A stretch of DNA of 64,000 bases from Dehalococcoidia bacterium (GTDB lineage: Bacteria > Chloroflexota > Dehalococcoidia > GIF9 > AB-539-J10), in the NCBI GenBank assembly GCA_030612025.1, contig JAUWOR010000005.1, positions 1 through 64,000 of the forward strand. Direction: 5' to 3'. Below are positions 1-9,780 of this stretch, in pieces. How positions within the stretch are numbered: position 1 is the stretch's first letter; every line of letters starts with the position of its first letter. Position numbers and translations under genes: made by a program. Below the pieces are notes generated by a model. The model made no database searches. It was not told the origin of the DNA and worked only from the letters and a program-made list of their open reading frames with translations.

Positions 1-5
1 ACTCC

Positions 6-109
6 TTTCCGTTATCGCCATAGGTCACCCAGCAGAATCTTGCCAAAAGACAAGGAGAAAACTAGACGAGGTAACTTTCACCGATAGGTATGGGAGCCGA
101 TAATGGAAA
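6..109 (-). ncRNA. Candidate structured cis-regulatory leader RNA (family not recognised)
   Basis: Nested complementarity: 6-17 with 98-109, 18-22 with 89-93, and inner stems (TCGTCTAG/CTGGGTGA, CTTGTC/GGCAAG, GGTGA/TTACC) that pair fully only on the minus strand through G-U pairs. It ends in an SD-like GGAAAGGAG pointing out of the window. Confidence 0.4.
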
Positions 110-194
110 TTTTCGTTGAGCCCAGATTGCCTAAATGGCATCATGCTTAAGCCCAGCCAGTGGATTTGGAGAGCAAAACCTGACCTAAGTCCTA

Positions 195-223
195 TTGACA
201 TGGCTTTGCTCTAGTGGTAGAAA
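195..223 (+). promoter_or_regulatory. Putative sigma70 promoter
   Basis: TTGACA-17 nt-TAGAAA with an extended TG, upstream of the ORF at 253. Confidence 0.5.
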
Positions 224-252
224 TATGGGAAATCTTGAATAAGGAGGGTAAT

Positions 253-396
253 ATGGCAACAGCTTATTGTATGAAGTGCAGAACGAAGGTAGTGATAAGG
301 AACCCCAGGCAAGTTACACTCAAAAATAATAGACCAGCAGTTCAAGGTGTCTGTTCTCTTTGTGGCACAAAGGTATTCCGAATAGGAAAGCTTTAG
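253..396 (+). CDS. Small basic Zn-ribbon protein, DUF5679-like (47 aa)
   Basis: AAGGAGG SD before ATG 253; YCMKC...CSLCGTKVFRIG pattern. Confidence 0.8.
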   Translation: MATAYCMKCRTKVVIRNPRQVTLKNNRPAVQGVCSLCGTKVFRIGKL

Positions 397-530
397 ATGC
401 CTGATGAGTAGTTCAGCTACTTGGGTAGAGCAACCTAGAAATACTTCAGCATTTGTATAGCCCAGCCAGTGGGTTTAGGGGGGTTTTCTAGTTAGTGTGA
501 AGGAGCTAAGAGCGAAGAAAGCAATAGCTT

Positions 531-1037
531 TTAATCTGACACAGTTATGTAATCTTTTATTTTGTTAAATGTCCCCTCGCCAATGCCTTTGACACGGAGC
601 AAGTCCTCAATCCGTTTAAAGGGGCCATTTTTATTGCGGTAATCTATGATAGCCTGGGCTCTAATTTCACCTATACCTGGCAGGGCTTCAAGAAGCCAGG
701 CTTCTGCGCGGTTAATGTCTATCTTCTGAGGGGATTGTTTTTCACCTTCCCGTGGAATGTGAATCTTGATATGGCTGAGGTCGGCGTCAGGTTCAACTCC
801 AGTATCTGAGAGAAGAGTGTGTATGGTGTCATCTTCTTTTAGAGAGTAAATGCCGGGATTAGCCACAGCGCCGCTGATATAAACCTCGCCACTTGGCTCA
901 GGAGGCGCAGTTTGTGATAAAACGATTTCCACAGGTTGGCTTCTGCTATGCTTTATTGCTAGCATCACACCGCCAACTATTATGGCAATAACCAGGAAAA
1001 CGGTTATAAATAAGTAAAATCTATTAGCACGACTCAT
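531..1037 (-). CDS. comEA: ComEA family DNA-binding protein (TM + SLBB + helix-hairpin-helix)
   Basis: N-terminal TM segment, ISGAVANPGIY, KIDINRA...LPGIG...VKGIG HhH repeats. Confidence 0.9.
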   Translation of the reverse strand: MSRANRFYLFITVFLVIAIIVGGVMLAIKHSRSQPVEIVLSQTAPPEPSGEVYISGAVANPGIYSLKEDDTIHTLLSDTGVEPDADLSHIKIHIPREGEKQSPQKIDINRAEAWLLEALPGIGEIRAQAIIDYRNKNGPFKRIEDLLRVKGIGEGTFNKIKDYITVSD

Positions 1038-1091
1038 TACACAAATGCTCCTTTCCTTAATGTATAGCTAACCGCAAAATTCCTTATAATT

Positions 1092-1130
1092 CACCCTCAC
1101 CTTAATCCTCTTCCATCGAGGGAGAGGATT
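1092..1130. repeat. Palindromic repeat family B (CCCTCACC..CCTCTCCC..GGGAGAGG)
   Basis: Similar to the copies at 9174, 9717, 17183 and 56599. Confidence 0.75.
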
Positions 1131-1171
1131 TACGACATATTATGCAGAACATTATAAATTACTGCACAACC

Positions 1172-1229
1172 AGATTGCTTCGTCCCGTTCGCTTTGTTCA
1201 GGGCTTCGGCTCACCCATTCAGAATGACA
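1172..1229. repeat. Palindromic repeat family A (GTCATT(G/C)..GAG...GAAG(C/A)ATCT), reverse orientation
   Basis: AGATTGCTTCG...CATTCAGAATGACA. Confidence 0.75.
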
Positions 1230-1258
1230 ACCCTATATTGCAATGATAAAATCTTCAT

Positions 1259-1720
1259 ATGGCAAAAGATTTCAGAACGATAACTGTTAATCGTAAAGCT
1301 TATCACGATTATCATATTCAGGAAATGGTTGAGGTGGGCATTGTGCTTAAGGGTTCTGAGATTAAATCCATCAGGGAGGGCAAGGTGAACTTGCGTGATG
1401 CCTATGCCAGACCGGAAAATGGAGAGCTATGGCTATATAACAGTCACATTGCCTCCTATGATGCTGCCAGCTATAATACTCACGAGCCCACCAGACCTCG
1501 CAAGCTTTTGCTCCACAAGAAAGAGTTTGATAGCCTGGCAGGCAAGGTGACACAACGAGGTTTGACTTTAGTGCCACTTAAGCTGTATATTAAACATGGA
1601 ATAGCTAAAATAGAGCTAGGGGTGGCTAAAGGAAAGAGGATTTATGATAAGCGTGAGGCTATTGCTCGCCGCGAGGTGGGAAGGGAAATAGAGCGAGCGC
1701 TGAAGGTCAAAAGGAGGTGA
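1259..1720 (+). CDS. smpB: SsrA-binding protein SmpB
   Basis: NRKAYHDY, GSEIKSIR, RKLLLHK, YDKRE; directly upstream of the tmRNA. Confidence 0.98.
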   Translation: MAKDFRTITVNRKAYHDYHIQEMVEVGIVLKGSEIKSIREGKVNLRDAYARPENGELWLYNSHIASYDAASYNTHEPTRPRKLLLHKKEFDSLAGKVTQRGLTLVPLKLYIKHGIAKIELGVAKGKRIYDKREAIARREVGREIERALKVKRR

Positions 1721-1743
1721 TAGGAAGGCAAGGTTAGCAATCC

Positions 1744-2096
1744 GGGGGCGCGTGGCTTCGACAGGGGAAGGCCTACAGAATTGCAAGCTGAGGTGCCATT
1801 TACCTCATAAAACAAGTGGCAAAAAACAACTAGCGAACCTGTTTTCGCTTAATGTAGCTTAATTAAAGCTGCACATCCAACCTGACTTCTCCTCGGCGGC
1901 TTGGGATTGGGTGTCACAAAGTCGAGGTGCTCCAATCCTGATGTCGATAGGGATTGGCTAAGAAAGAATCGGCTGGTCTAGCGGGATTCGGTCAGCAGAT
2001 GAAAGCTAGATGAGATAAAAGGAGCTGACTAAGCTTGTAGGATATTCTGGCAACCTTCTTCTGGACGGGGAGTTCGACCCTCCCCCGCCTCCACCA
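1744..2096 (+). ncRNA. ssrA: tmRNA; predicted tag (A)ANLFSLNVA at 1833-1862
   Basis: GGGGGCG/CGCCTCC acceptor stem with G3:U, 3' ACCA, GCTTCGAC and GTTCGA motifs, pk1 (GAGGT/ACCTC, GCCA/TGGC), and a stop codon in the H5 hairpin loop. Confidence 0.97.
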
Positions 2097-2106
2097 GAGA
2101 AGAATC

Positions 2107-2140
2107 AAAAGGCTTCCTTTATCTCGAAGGAAGCTTTTTA
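2107..2140. terminator. Intrinsic terminator, probably bidirectional
   Basis: AAAAGGCTTCCTT...AAGGAAGCTTTTT. Confidence 0.75.
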
Positions 2141-2169
2141 ACTTTGCTGCAGAATAGCAATTGCAGTTG

Positions 2170-2343
2170 CTATTCCCCCTTTTTCTTGTAATCAGGGCAC
2201 CAGGTAGCATTGGGGCGCTCAGGCCGGTGGCAAGCGCTTCTCCAATTCCATTGGCAACTATCGCAGAGGAAGATATTCATGCCCAGGTTCTTCTTGACCT
2301 TGAGCCTAATTTTATCTATCCAACTTGGTCCTTCAGGGCTCAC
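2170..2343 (-). CDS. Small Cys-rich hypothetical protein (start uncertain; GTG 2343 assumed)
   Basis: LCDSCQWNWRSACHRPERPNATWCPDY contains 4 Cys in a metal-binding-like spacing; lies downstream of rho and ends before the terminator. Confidence 0.55.
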   Translation of the reverse strand: MSPEGPSWIDKIRLKVKKNLGMNIFLCDSCQWNWRSACHRPERPNATWCPDYKKKGE

Positions 2344-2455
2344 GAGGAGATTATAAAGTCTTAGTCTATGGAAAGGCAATAGCGTGGAATACAAACTGAC
2401 CTTACTGGCATCATCTTGGTTATGGAAGGAACGTAGCTGAAGGCAAAAGGTAAGC

Positions 2456-3721
<1,266 letters not shown>

Positions 3722-3756
3722 GGAAGCCTCCTTTAAATATCCTTACCCTGTTTAAT

Positions 3757-4437
3757 CTATAATTTCGCCGGGGTTTCTATAATCCTCTCCTCCCCCATAA
3801 CCCTTCTCCAATCATCGGTAAAGCGCTTGACGCCGATATCAGTTAGAGGGTGTTGAATCATTTGTAGTAACACTTTGTATGGTACAGTGGCGATATGTGC
3901 GCCAGCTTTAGCTGCCATAAGGCAATGTTGCGGATGTCTAATGCTGGCAGCTATAACTTGAGTAGATAGTTGATAATAGTCCAAATATTCCACAATGTCA
4001 ACCACCACTTTCATGCCATCCTCACCAATGTCATCAAGTCTGCCCACAAAAGGGCTGATGAAGGTAGCTCCCGCTGCCGCTCCCAGTAAAGCCTGGTTCA
4101 GGGAGAAGCATAAGGTGAAGTTTACCTTTATGTTTTCCTTGGCTAGCACTGAGGTAGCCTTCACCCCTTCCAGGCTAGCCGGTATCTTGACGACAATATT
4201 ATCGGCCCATTTAGCTATTTCTCTAGCTTCGGCTATCATTCCTGAAGCATCTTGGCTTAATACCTCGGTAGATACTGGGCCAGGGACAATGGAGCAAATT
4301 TTCTTAACCAGCTCTTGGTAATTAACTTTGCCTTCCTTGGATACGAGGCTGGGATTAGTGGTCACTCCGCTGATGACCCCCAATTCTACTCCATGACGGA
4401 TATGGTCTATGTTAGCAGTATCCAAGAATAACCTCAT
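3757..4437 (-). CDS. tal: Transaldolase / fructose-6-phosphate aldolase family
   Basis: FLDTAN, GVTTNPSL, VVKIP, SPFVGRLDD, AASIRHP. Confidence 0.9.
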   Translation of the reverse strand: MRLFLDTANIDHIRHGVELGVISGVTTNPSLVSKEGKVNYQELVKKICSIVPGPVSTEVLSQDASGMIAEAREIAKWADNIVVKIPASLEGVKATSVLAKENIKVNFTLCFSLNQALLGAAAGATFISPFVGRLDDIGEDGMKVVVDIVEYLDYYQLSTQVIAASIRHPQHCLMAAKAGAHIATVPYKVLLQMIQHPLTDIGVKRFTDDWRRVMGEERIIETPAKL

Positions 4438-4446
4438 TGCTCCTCC

Positions 4447-6075
4447 TTAACTTATAGGTAGGCTTGGTTGAGCACCTTCGATGAGCGTCTCTTTGGCTGC
4501 TCCAATGAAACCCATAAACAGTGGGTGGGGGCAGTCAAGACGAGATTTAAATTCAGGATGAAATTGACAGGATACCATCCAGGGATGGTCCTTGAGCTCA
4601 GCGATTTCCACCAGTTTGCCATCTGGTGATAGACCACTGGCTGTCATTCCGGCCTCTTCCAATGGTTGGCGAAAAGCATTGTTGAATTCAAAACGGTGAC
4701 GATGACGCTCATAGGCTACTTTGCAATTATAAGCTCGAGCGGCTTTTGTCCCAGATACCAGGTGGCAGGGGTAGGTTCCTAGTCGCATAGTGCCACCTTT
4801 TTGGCTTATGCCACCTTGTTTCGGGAGGAGGTCAATTACAGGATAAGCAGTGTCGGCATCAAATTCAGTAGAATTTGCATTGTTGGTATGGAAAATGTAA
4901 CGAGCAAACTCGATGACCATAATTTGCATTCCCAGGCATAAGCCAAGGTAAGGGATTTCCTTTTCCCTGGCGAATTTAGCTGCTTCTATCATGCCTTCAA
5001 TTTCGCGGTGGCCAAGGCTACTAGGGATGATTATCCCTTGAACTTGCCTGAGCTTGCCATTGGTTGTCACATCCAACTCTTCCGAGTCAAGCCATTCTAT
5101 CCTTACTTCACGATTATAGGCCAGGGCTGCATGACATAATGCTTCACGGACAGAGTAATAAGCATCTTGAAGCCCGACATATTTGCCTACCAAACCAATA
5201 GTTACTAGCTCTTTAGGGGCTTTTAGCTTAGCCAGCATATCTCGCCAATTATCCAGATTGCACTCTGCTGCTTCCAGTTTTAGGCGGTTAACTATGAAAT
5301 CTCCTAATCCGTGTTCCTCTAATAGCAGGGGAACTTCATAGATAGTCTCACCGGTAACCAATGGGATAACTGCTTCTCTGTCAACATCGCAAAATAATGA
5401 TATCTTGTCCTTTATTTCCTCGGATATCTCCTTATCGCTGCGGCACAGGATAACATCAGGCTGGATACCAATTCTCCTTAGTTCGTTAACGCTATGTTGT
5501 GTAGGCTTGGTTTTTATCTCATCAGTGGCGGCGATGTAAGGTAAGAAGGTGACATGGATGTATAGTACGTTGTCCCTGCCTTCTTCCTTCCTCATTTGCC
5601 TTATAGCCTCGAGAAAGGGCTGTCCCTCAATATCACCTACTGTGCCGCCGACCTCGACTATGACCACAGCGGCTTCAGAAATTTCAGCCACTTGTCTGAT
5701 GTGTCTCTTTACCTCGCTGGTAACATGGGGAACTACCTGGATAGTGCCACCTAGAAAATCCCCCCTTCTTTCTCGGGCGATGACTGAGGAATATATCTGG
5801 CCTGAAGTGACACTAGAAGCCTGAGTTAAATCGACCCCAATAAATCTTTCATAGTGCCCTAAATCCAGGTCAGTTTCGGCACCATCCTGGGTAACGAATA
5901 CCTCGCCATGCTGGGCAGGCGACATTGTTCCAGTGTCAACATTAAGATAAGGATCAATTTTCTGCGCTGAGACGGAAATAGAGCGGCTTTTCAATATTCT
6001 GCCAATAGAAGCTACCGAAACTCCCTTACCAACAGAACTAACTACACCACCGGTAACAAAGATATACTTGGCCAT
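4447..6075 (-). CDS. pyrG: CTP synthase (degenerate glutaminase oxyanion strand)
   Basis: [33 protein letters not shown]; ATG 6075 preferred as start. Confidence 0.97.
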   Translation of the reverse strand: MAKYIFVTGGVVSSVGKGVSVASIGRILKSRSISVSAQKIDPYLNVDTGTMSPAQHGEVFVTQDGAETDLDLGHYERFIGVDLTQASSVTSGQIYSSVIARERRGDFLGGTIQVVPHVTSEVKRHIRQVAEISEAAVVIVEVGGTVGDIEGQPFLEAIRQMRKEEGRDNVLYIHVTFLPYIAATDEIKTKPTQHSVNELRRIGIQPDVILCRSDKEISEEIKDKISLFCDVDREAVIPLVTGETIYEVPLLLEEHGLGDFIVNRLKLEAAECNLDNWRDMLAKLKAPKELVTIGLVGKYVGLQDAYYSVREALCHAALAYNREVRIEWLDSEELDVTTNGKLRQVQGIIIPSSLGHREIEGMIEAAKFAREKEIPYLGLCLGMQIMVIEFARYIFHTNNANSTEFDADTAYPVIDLLPKQGGISQKGGTMRLGTYPCHLVSGTKAARAYNCKVAYERHRHRFEFNNAFRQPLEEAGMTASGLSPDGKLVEIAELKDHPWMVSCQFHPEFKSRLDCPHPLFMGFIGAAKETLIEGAQPSLPIS

Positions 6076-6152
6076 AGCTTGCTGGGAATATAACAAAGCT
6101 GCAAATTAAGATAGTTTTTTCACAACTGTGAGGTAAAGCTTAGGTTTATTTT

Positions 6153-6181
6153 ATTCTAAAAGGCCGAGGTCGAATTGTCAA
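6153..6181 (-). promoter_or_regulatory. Putative sigma70 promoter of pyrG
   Basis: Minus strand TTGACA-17 nt-TAGAAT. Confidence 0.65.
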
Positions 6182-6191
6182 GCTTTTTGGG

Positions 6192-6220
6192 TTGCGTCAT
6201 TTTTATAAGCATGGTAAAAT
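6192..6220 (+). promoter_or_regulatory. Putative sigma70 promoter of the pyr operon
   Basis: TTGCGT-17 nt-TAAAAT with an extended TG. Confidence 0.6.
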
Positions 6221-6227
6221 TAATCAA

Positions 6228-6322
6228 GCCTTTAAATCAGTCCAGTGAGGCTGGTAAGGGGAAATATGTTAAGGCAAATCGCACTAAAAGCCTCTTGCCA
6301 GTTTGAAGGCGGGAGGTTTTTT
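6228..6322 (+). promoter_or_regulatory. PyrR-binding attenuator plus terminator hairpin overlapping the pyrR SD
   Basis: CCTTTAAATCAGTCCAGTGAGGCTGGTAAGG matches the PyrR binding loop; AAAAGCCTCTTGCC...GGCGGGAGGTTTTTT terminator. Confidence 0.9.
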
Positions 6323-6323
6323 A

Positions 6324-6878
6324 ATGCCTGAAAAGGTCCTCATGGCCTCAGAGGATATGAGCCGAGCTTTGGCTCGTGTTGCCCATGAGATTATAGAAAG
6401 AAACAAGGGTGCTAAAGACATTGTGCTCGTGGGTATGTGGACTCGAGGAGTGCCCTTGGCTCACCGATTAGCTACTGCAATCCAAAGTTATGAAGGAGTC
6501 TCTATTCCTGTAGGCGCCTTGGATATCGGTCTTTACCGCGATGATATTTCTTATCTGGAATTAAAGTCAGCAACTCAAAACACCGATATTCCCACGGACA
6601 TCATTGATAAACAAGTAATTCTGGTTGATGATGTGCTCTATACGGGACGAAGCATTCGAGCAGCTATGGATGCCCTTGTGGATTTGGGGCGTCCCAGATC
6701 CGTTCAGTTGGCTGTGCTTATTGACCGTGGTCATCGAGAGCTTCCTATCCGAGCTGATTATGTGGGTAAGAATATACCAAGCTCCAGAGACGAGGAAATA
6801 CAGGTTCAACTTGAAGAAACCGATGGCGTGGATAGGGTGACAATAAAAGAAAATCAAAATGTAAAAAGCAAAAGGTAA
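6324..6878 (+). CDS. pyrR: Pyrimidine regulatory protein PyrR / uracil PRTase
   Basis: [36 protein letters not shown]. Confidence 0.97.
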   Translation: MPEKVLMASEDMSRALARVAHEIIERNKGAKDIVLVGMWTRGVPLAHRLATAIQSYEGVSIPVGALDIGLYRDDISYLELKSATQNTDIPTDIIDKQVILVDDVLYTGRSIRAAMDALVDLGRPRSVQLAVLIDRGHRELPIRADYVGKNIPSSRDEEIQVQLEETDGVDRVTIKENQNVKSKR

Positions 6879-6917
6879 AGGTAATTTTGAATTTTTATTT
6901 TTAATGTTTGATTTTTT
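6850..6917. repeat. AT-rich 7-nt-period inverted repeat (family H)
   Basis: A-rich heptamers (AAAATCA, AAATGTA, AAAAGCA) followed by T-rich complementary heptamers. Confidence 0.65.
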
Positions 6918-8321
6918 ATGATGAGTCTAGCAAATAGAAGTTTAGTGACCATAGACGATTTATCCAATGGGGAAATCGAGGCATTGTTTTCCCTGGCGGA
7001 TGAAATGGCGGACTCCGTAAATGAGCAGTCTGAGGTATGTCAGGGAAAGATCATGGCGAGCCTGTTTTTCGAGCCAAGCACCAGAACACGGCTGTCTTTC
7101 GAGACTGCTATGCACCGACTTGGGGGGTGTGTCATAAGTGCGGTTGATATCGGTGCCACCTCGCTAGCTAAAGGTGAAAGCATTGCTGATATGGCAAGAG
7201 TAGTTGGGAGTTACGCTGATATAATCGTCATCAGGCATCCTTGGGAGGGGGCAGCCAGGGTAGTTGCCGACTACGCTGGCATACCAGTAATAAATGCTGG
7301 TGATGGGGGTCATGAACATCCAACCCAGACGTTATGTGATCTTTACACCATTAAGAAAGAGAGGCAAACAATTAAGGGCCTGAAAATTGCCCTGTGGGGG
7401 GACTTGAAATACGGGCGAACGGTACACTCCCTAATTTACGCCTTGGCTAGGTTCGGTGCAACTATCCTTTTCCGTCCTGGGTCAGGGCTTGGGATGCCGG
7501 AACACGTTTTAAGGAAGCTAACTACGGAATATAAAGGTGAGCTAAAAAGGTATGAGGCCCTGGATCAGGTGGCTAGAAAGGGACTTTTCCCTATAGATGC
7601 CATATACATAACGCCAAGTAGTCCACATCAACTTGCCATGATGCCTGATATTAGTATTCAAGTCGAGTTGAAGACCGGGGTAGATGCCTTATATGTTACC
7701 AGGCTTCAGAAGGAAAGGCATGCGCCTGCAGTGGAAGGACAGGGGGTGGAGAAGGATTACCCCGTGGTGGATAAGAAACTTCTTAAGGAAAAGGAGTTTA
7801 AGAGAACACTTGTTATGCACCCACTGCCTCGTGTTGATGAGTTGGCCTATGAGCTGGATGCCGACCCCAGGAGCATGTACTTCAAGCAAGCTGCTCGCGG
7901 GGTGCCTGTCAGAATGGCGCTTATAGCCCTACTGTTGGGGGCTAAGGAAGTCACAATTTCCGAAGGAGATGATTCCTTTATTCAAAAGGCGGACTATCCC
8001 ATTTATAGGCGAGATTCTGGAGTCAGGTGCCCTAATCCACTTTGCGTATCAAACCAAGAAACAGAAATAAGGTATATAAAGCCTGAGTTCAAGATAGTAA
8101 GCCTCGAGCCTTTAACTTTGAGGTGCGTCTATTGTGAACATGAGCTTCAGCCTCAATATATCGCCAGTTCAGACTGGCACGAAGGGAAATTGGAGAATAA
8201 GAAATACCATAACGCAGGTAGTTGGCTGGTTCGAAGAATCAAACCAGGAAATCTGATTATTTTTGATACGAAAAACGAAGCTGAGACTCGGGGATTCAAG
8301 CCTAGCAGCTATGTCAGATGA
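6918..8321 (+). CDS. pyrB: Aspartate carbamoyltransferase catalytic chain fused to a PyrI-type Zn domain and an Ada-like C-terminal domain
   Basis: FFEPSTRTR, HEHPTQ, GDLKYGRT, TRLQKER, MHPLPR; C-terminal CPNPLC...CVYC. Confidence 0.95.
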   Translation: MMSLANRSLVTIDDLSNGEIEALFSLADEMADSVNEQSEVCQGKIMASLFFEPSTRTRLSFETAMHRLGGCVISAVDIGATSLAKGESIADMARVVGSYADIIVIRHPWEGAARVVADYAGIPVINAGDGGHEHPTQTLCDLYTIKKERQTIKGLKIALWGDLKYGRTVHSLIYALARFGATILFRPGSGLGMPEHVLRKLTTEYKGELKRYEALDQVARKGLFPIDAIYITPSSPHQLAMMPDISIQVELKTGVDALYVTRLQKERHAPAVEGQGVEKDYPVVDKKLLKEKEFKRTLVMHPLPRVDELAYELDADPRSMYFKQAARGVPVRMALIALLLGAKEVTISEGDDSFIQKADYPIYRRDSGVRCPNPLCVSNQETEIRYIKPEFKIVSLEPLTLRCVYCEHELQPQYIASSDWHEGKLENKKYHNAGSWLVRRIKPGNLIIFDTKNEAETRGFKPSSYVR

Positions 8322-9748
8322 TGAATAATAAATCTATTCCCTTGCTTATCCATGGTGGCCGTATAGTTGACCCTGGCCGGGGTATAGACCAAGTTGGTGA
8401 TTTACTTGTTGACGAGGGCAAGATTATGCAGTTGGGAGGCATTGTCATCCTGAGTGCAGCGAAGGATCTCGAAGCGAAGCAACGTCTGGCAATCGATGCT
8501 ACGGGCTTAGTCATTTGCCCTGGCTTCGTAGACCTTCATTGTCATCTTCGTGAGCCGGGCTTTGAGGATAAGGAAACTATTGCCACTGGGACAAAAGCCG
8601 CCGCCTTAGGCGGCTTTACTACTATCTGTTGTATGGCAAATACGAATCCACCACTGGATAATCGAGTAACTGTAGATTATGTGAAACAGAAGGCAAGCAA
8701 AGAAGGTTTTGTTAATGTTCTCCCTATAGGGTGTATTACCAAAGGGAGGAAAGGCGAAGAAATTTGTCAGATGGCTGAGCTGGCTGAAGCTGGAGTGGTT
8801 GGTTTTAGCGACGATGGCGACCCTGTAATGAGCTCACAAGTTATGCGTAGTGCCATGGATTACAGCCGCGCCCTTGGCTTGCCAGTTATCGACCATTGTG
8901 AAGACAAGGCTTTGAGCCATGGTGGAATCATGAATGAAGGTTGGGTATCTGTAAGGCTGGGGTTAAAGGGGATACCAGCAGCCGCTGAGGAAAGCATGGT
9001 AGCTCGTGACCTCGCTTTGGCAAAGTTAATTGGAGCTAGGGTTCATATTGCCCATGTAAGCACTTGCGGCTCAGTGGAGCTTATACGCCATGCCAAGGAG
9101 AAGGGAATTTTGGTCACTGCTGAGGTTACTCCTCACCACTTAACATTAACTGAAGAAAGAATTATGGGCAGGGCCTCATCTAAACCCTCTCCCTTGAAGG
9201 GAGAGGGAAGGGTGAGGGTGGAGCAAAGCAATCTCAATTCCTTGGCTTATGATACCAACGCTAAAGTAAATCCCCCCTTGCGGACTGGAGATGACATAAA
9301 GTGCTTAGTTAAAGGACTCAAGGACGGAGTAATTGATGCTATCGCTACCGACCATGCTCCCCATACCTTGGCGGACAAAAAATGTGAACTAGATTTAGCT
9401 GCCTTTGGCATTAGCGGGTTTGAAACTGCCTTTGGTTGTCTCATGGGCTTGGTGCATAGAGGAAAAATAAGCTTGATTACGCTGATTTCTAAGCTTACTG
9501 CCGAACCAGCGAAGATAATGGGTAAGGATGACAAATTAGGCACCTTGAAGATAGGTGCTCCAGCCAATATCACTATATTTGATCCTAATCGGGAATGGGT
9601 AGTGGATAGCCGCAATTTTGTCTCTAAAGGCAGGAATACCCCATTCGATGGCTGTAGATTTAAGGGCAAAGTAGTAGCAACTGTAGTTAACGGCAGGATA
9701 GCTTATATGGATGACTCCCTACCCTCTCCCTTGACGGGAGAGGATTGA
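8318..9748 (+). CDS. pyrC: Dihydroorotase with repeat-derived insertions
   Basis: DLHCHLREPG, KVNPPLR, IATDHAPH, SKGRNTPF. Confidence 0.97.
   Translation: MMNNKSIPLLIHGGRIVDPGRGIDQVGDLLVDEGKIMQLGGIVILSAAKDLEAKQRLAIDATGLVICPGFVDLHCHLREPGFEDKETIATGTKAAALGGFTTICCMANTNPPLDNRVTVDYVKQKASKEGFVNVLPIGCITKGRKGEEICQMAELAEAGVVGFSDDGDPVMSSQVMRSAMDYSRALGLPVIDHCEDKALSHGGIMNEGWVSVRLGLKGIPAAAEESMVARDLALAKLIGARVHIAHVSTCGSVELIRHAKEKGILVTAEVTPHHLTLTEERIMGRASSKPSPLKGEGRVRVEQSNLNSLAYDTNAKVNPPLRTGDDIKCLVKGLKDGVIDAIATDHAPHTLADKKCELDLAAFGISGFETAFGCLMGLVHRGKISLITLISKLTAEPAKIMGKDDKLGTLKIGAPANITIFDPNREWVVDSRNFVSKGRNTPFDGCRFKGKVVATVVNGRIAYMDDSLPSPLTGED
8443..8487. repeat. Family A repeat (nested) in-frame in pyrC
   Basis: TGTCATCCTGAGTGCAGCGAAGGATCTC-GAAGCGAAGCAACG encodes VILSAAKDLEAKQR. 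Confidence 0.85.
9174..9235. repeat. Family B+A repeat in-frame in pyrC
   Basis: CCCTCTCCCTTGAAGGGAGAGGG..GGTGAGGGTG-GAGCAAAGCAATCTC encodes PSPLKGEGRVRVEQSNL. Confidence 0.85.
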
Positions 9749-9780
9749 GGTGAGGGTGATGAGCGGAGCGAAGCAATCTC
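9717..9780. repeat. Family B+A repeat forming the pyrC 3' end and the whole pyrC-carA spacer
   Basis: CCCTCTCCCTTGACGGGAGAGGATTGAGGTGAGGGTG..GAGCGGAGCGAAGCAATCTC, immediately followed by the carA ATG. Confidence 0.85.

Noticed and set aside
1832-1852. Unusually short tmRNA tag SEPVFA
   Set aside because: The +1 frame gives a canonical GCG-AAC start (ANLFSLNVA) with its stop in the H5 loop, which fits the tmRNA consensus better.
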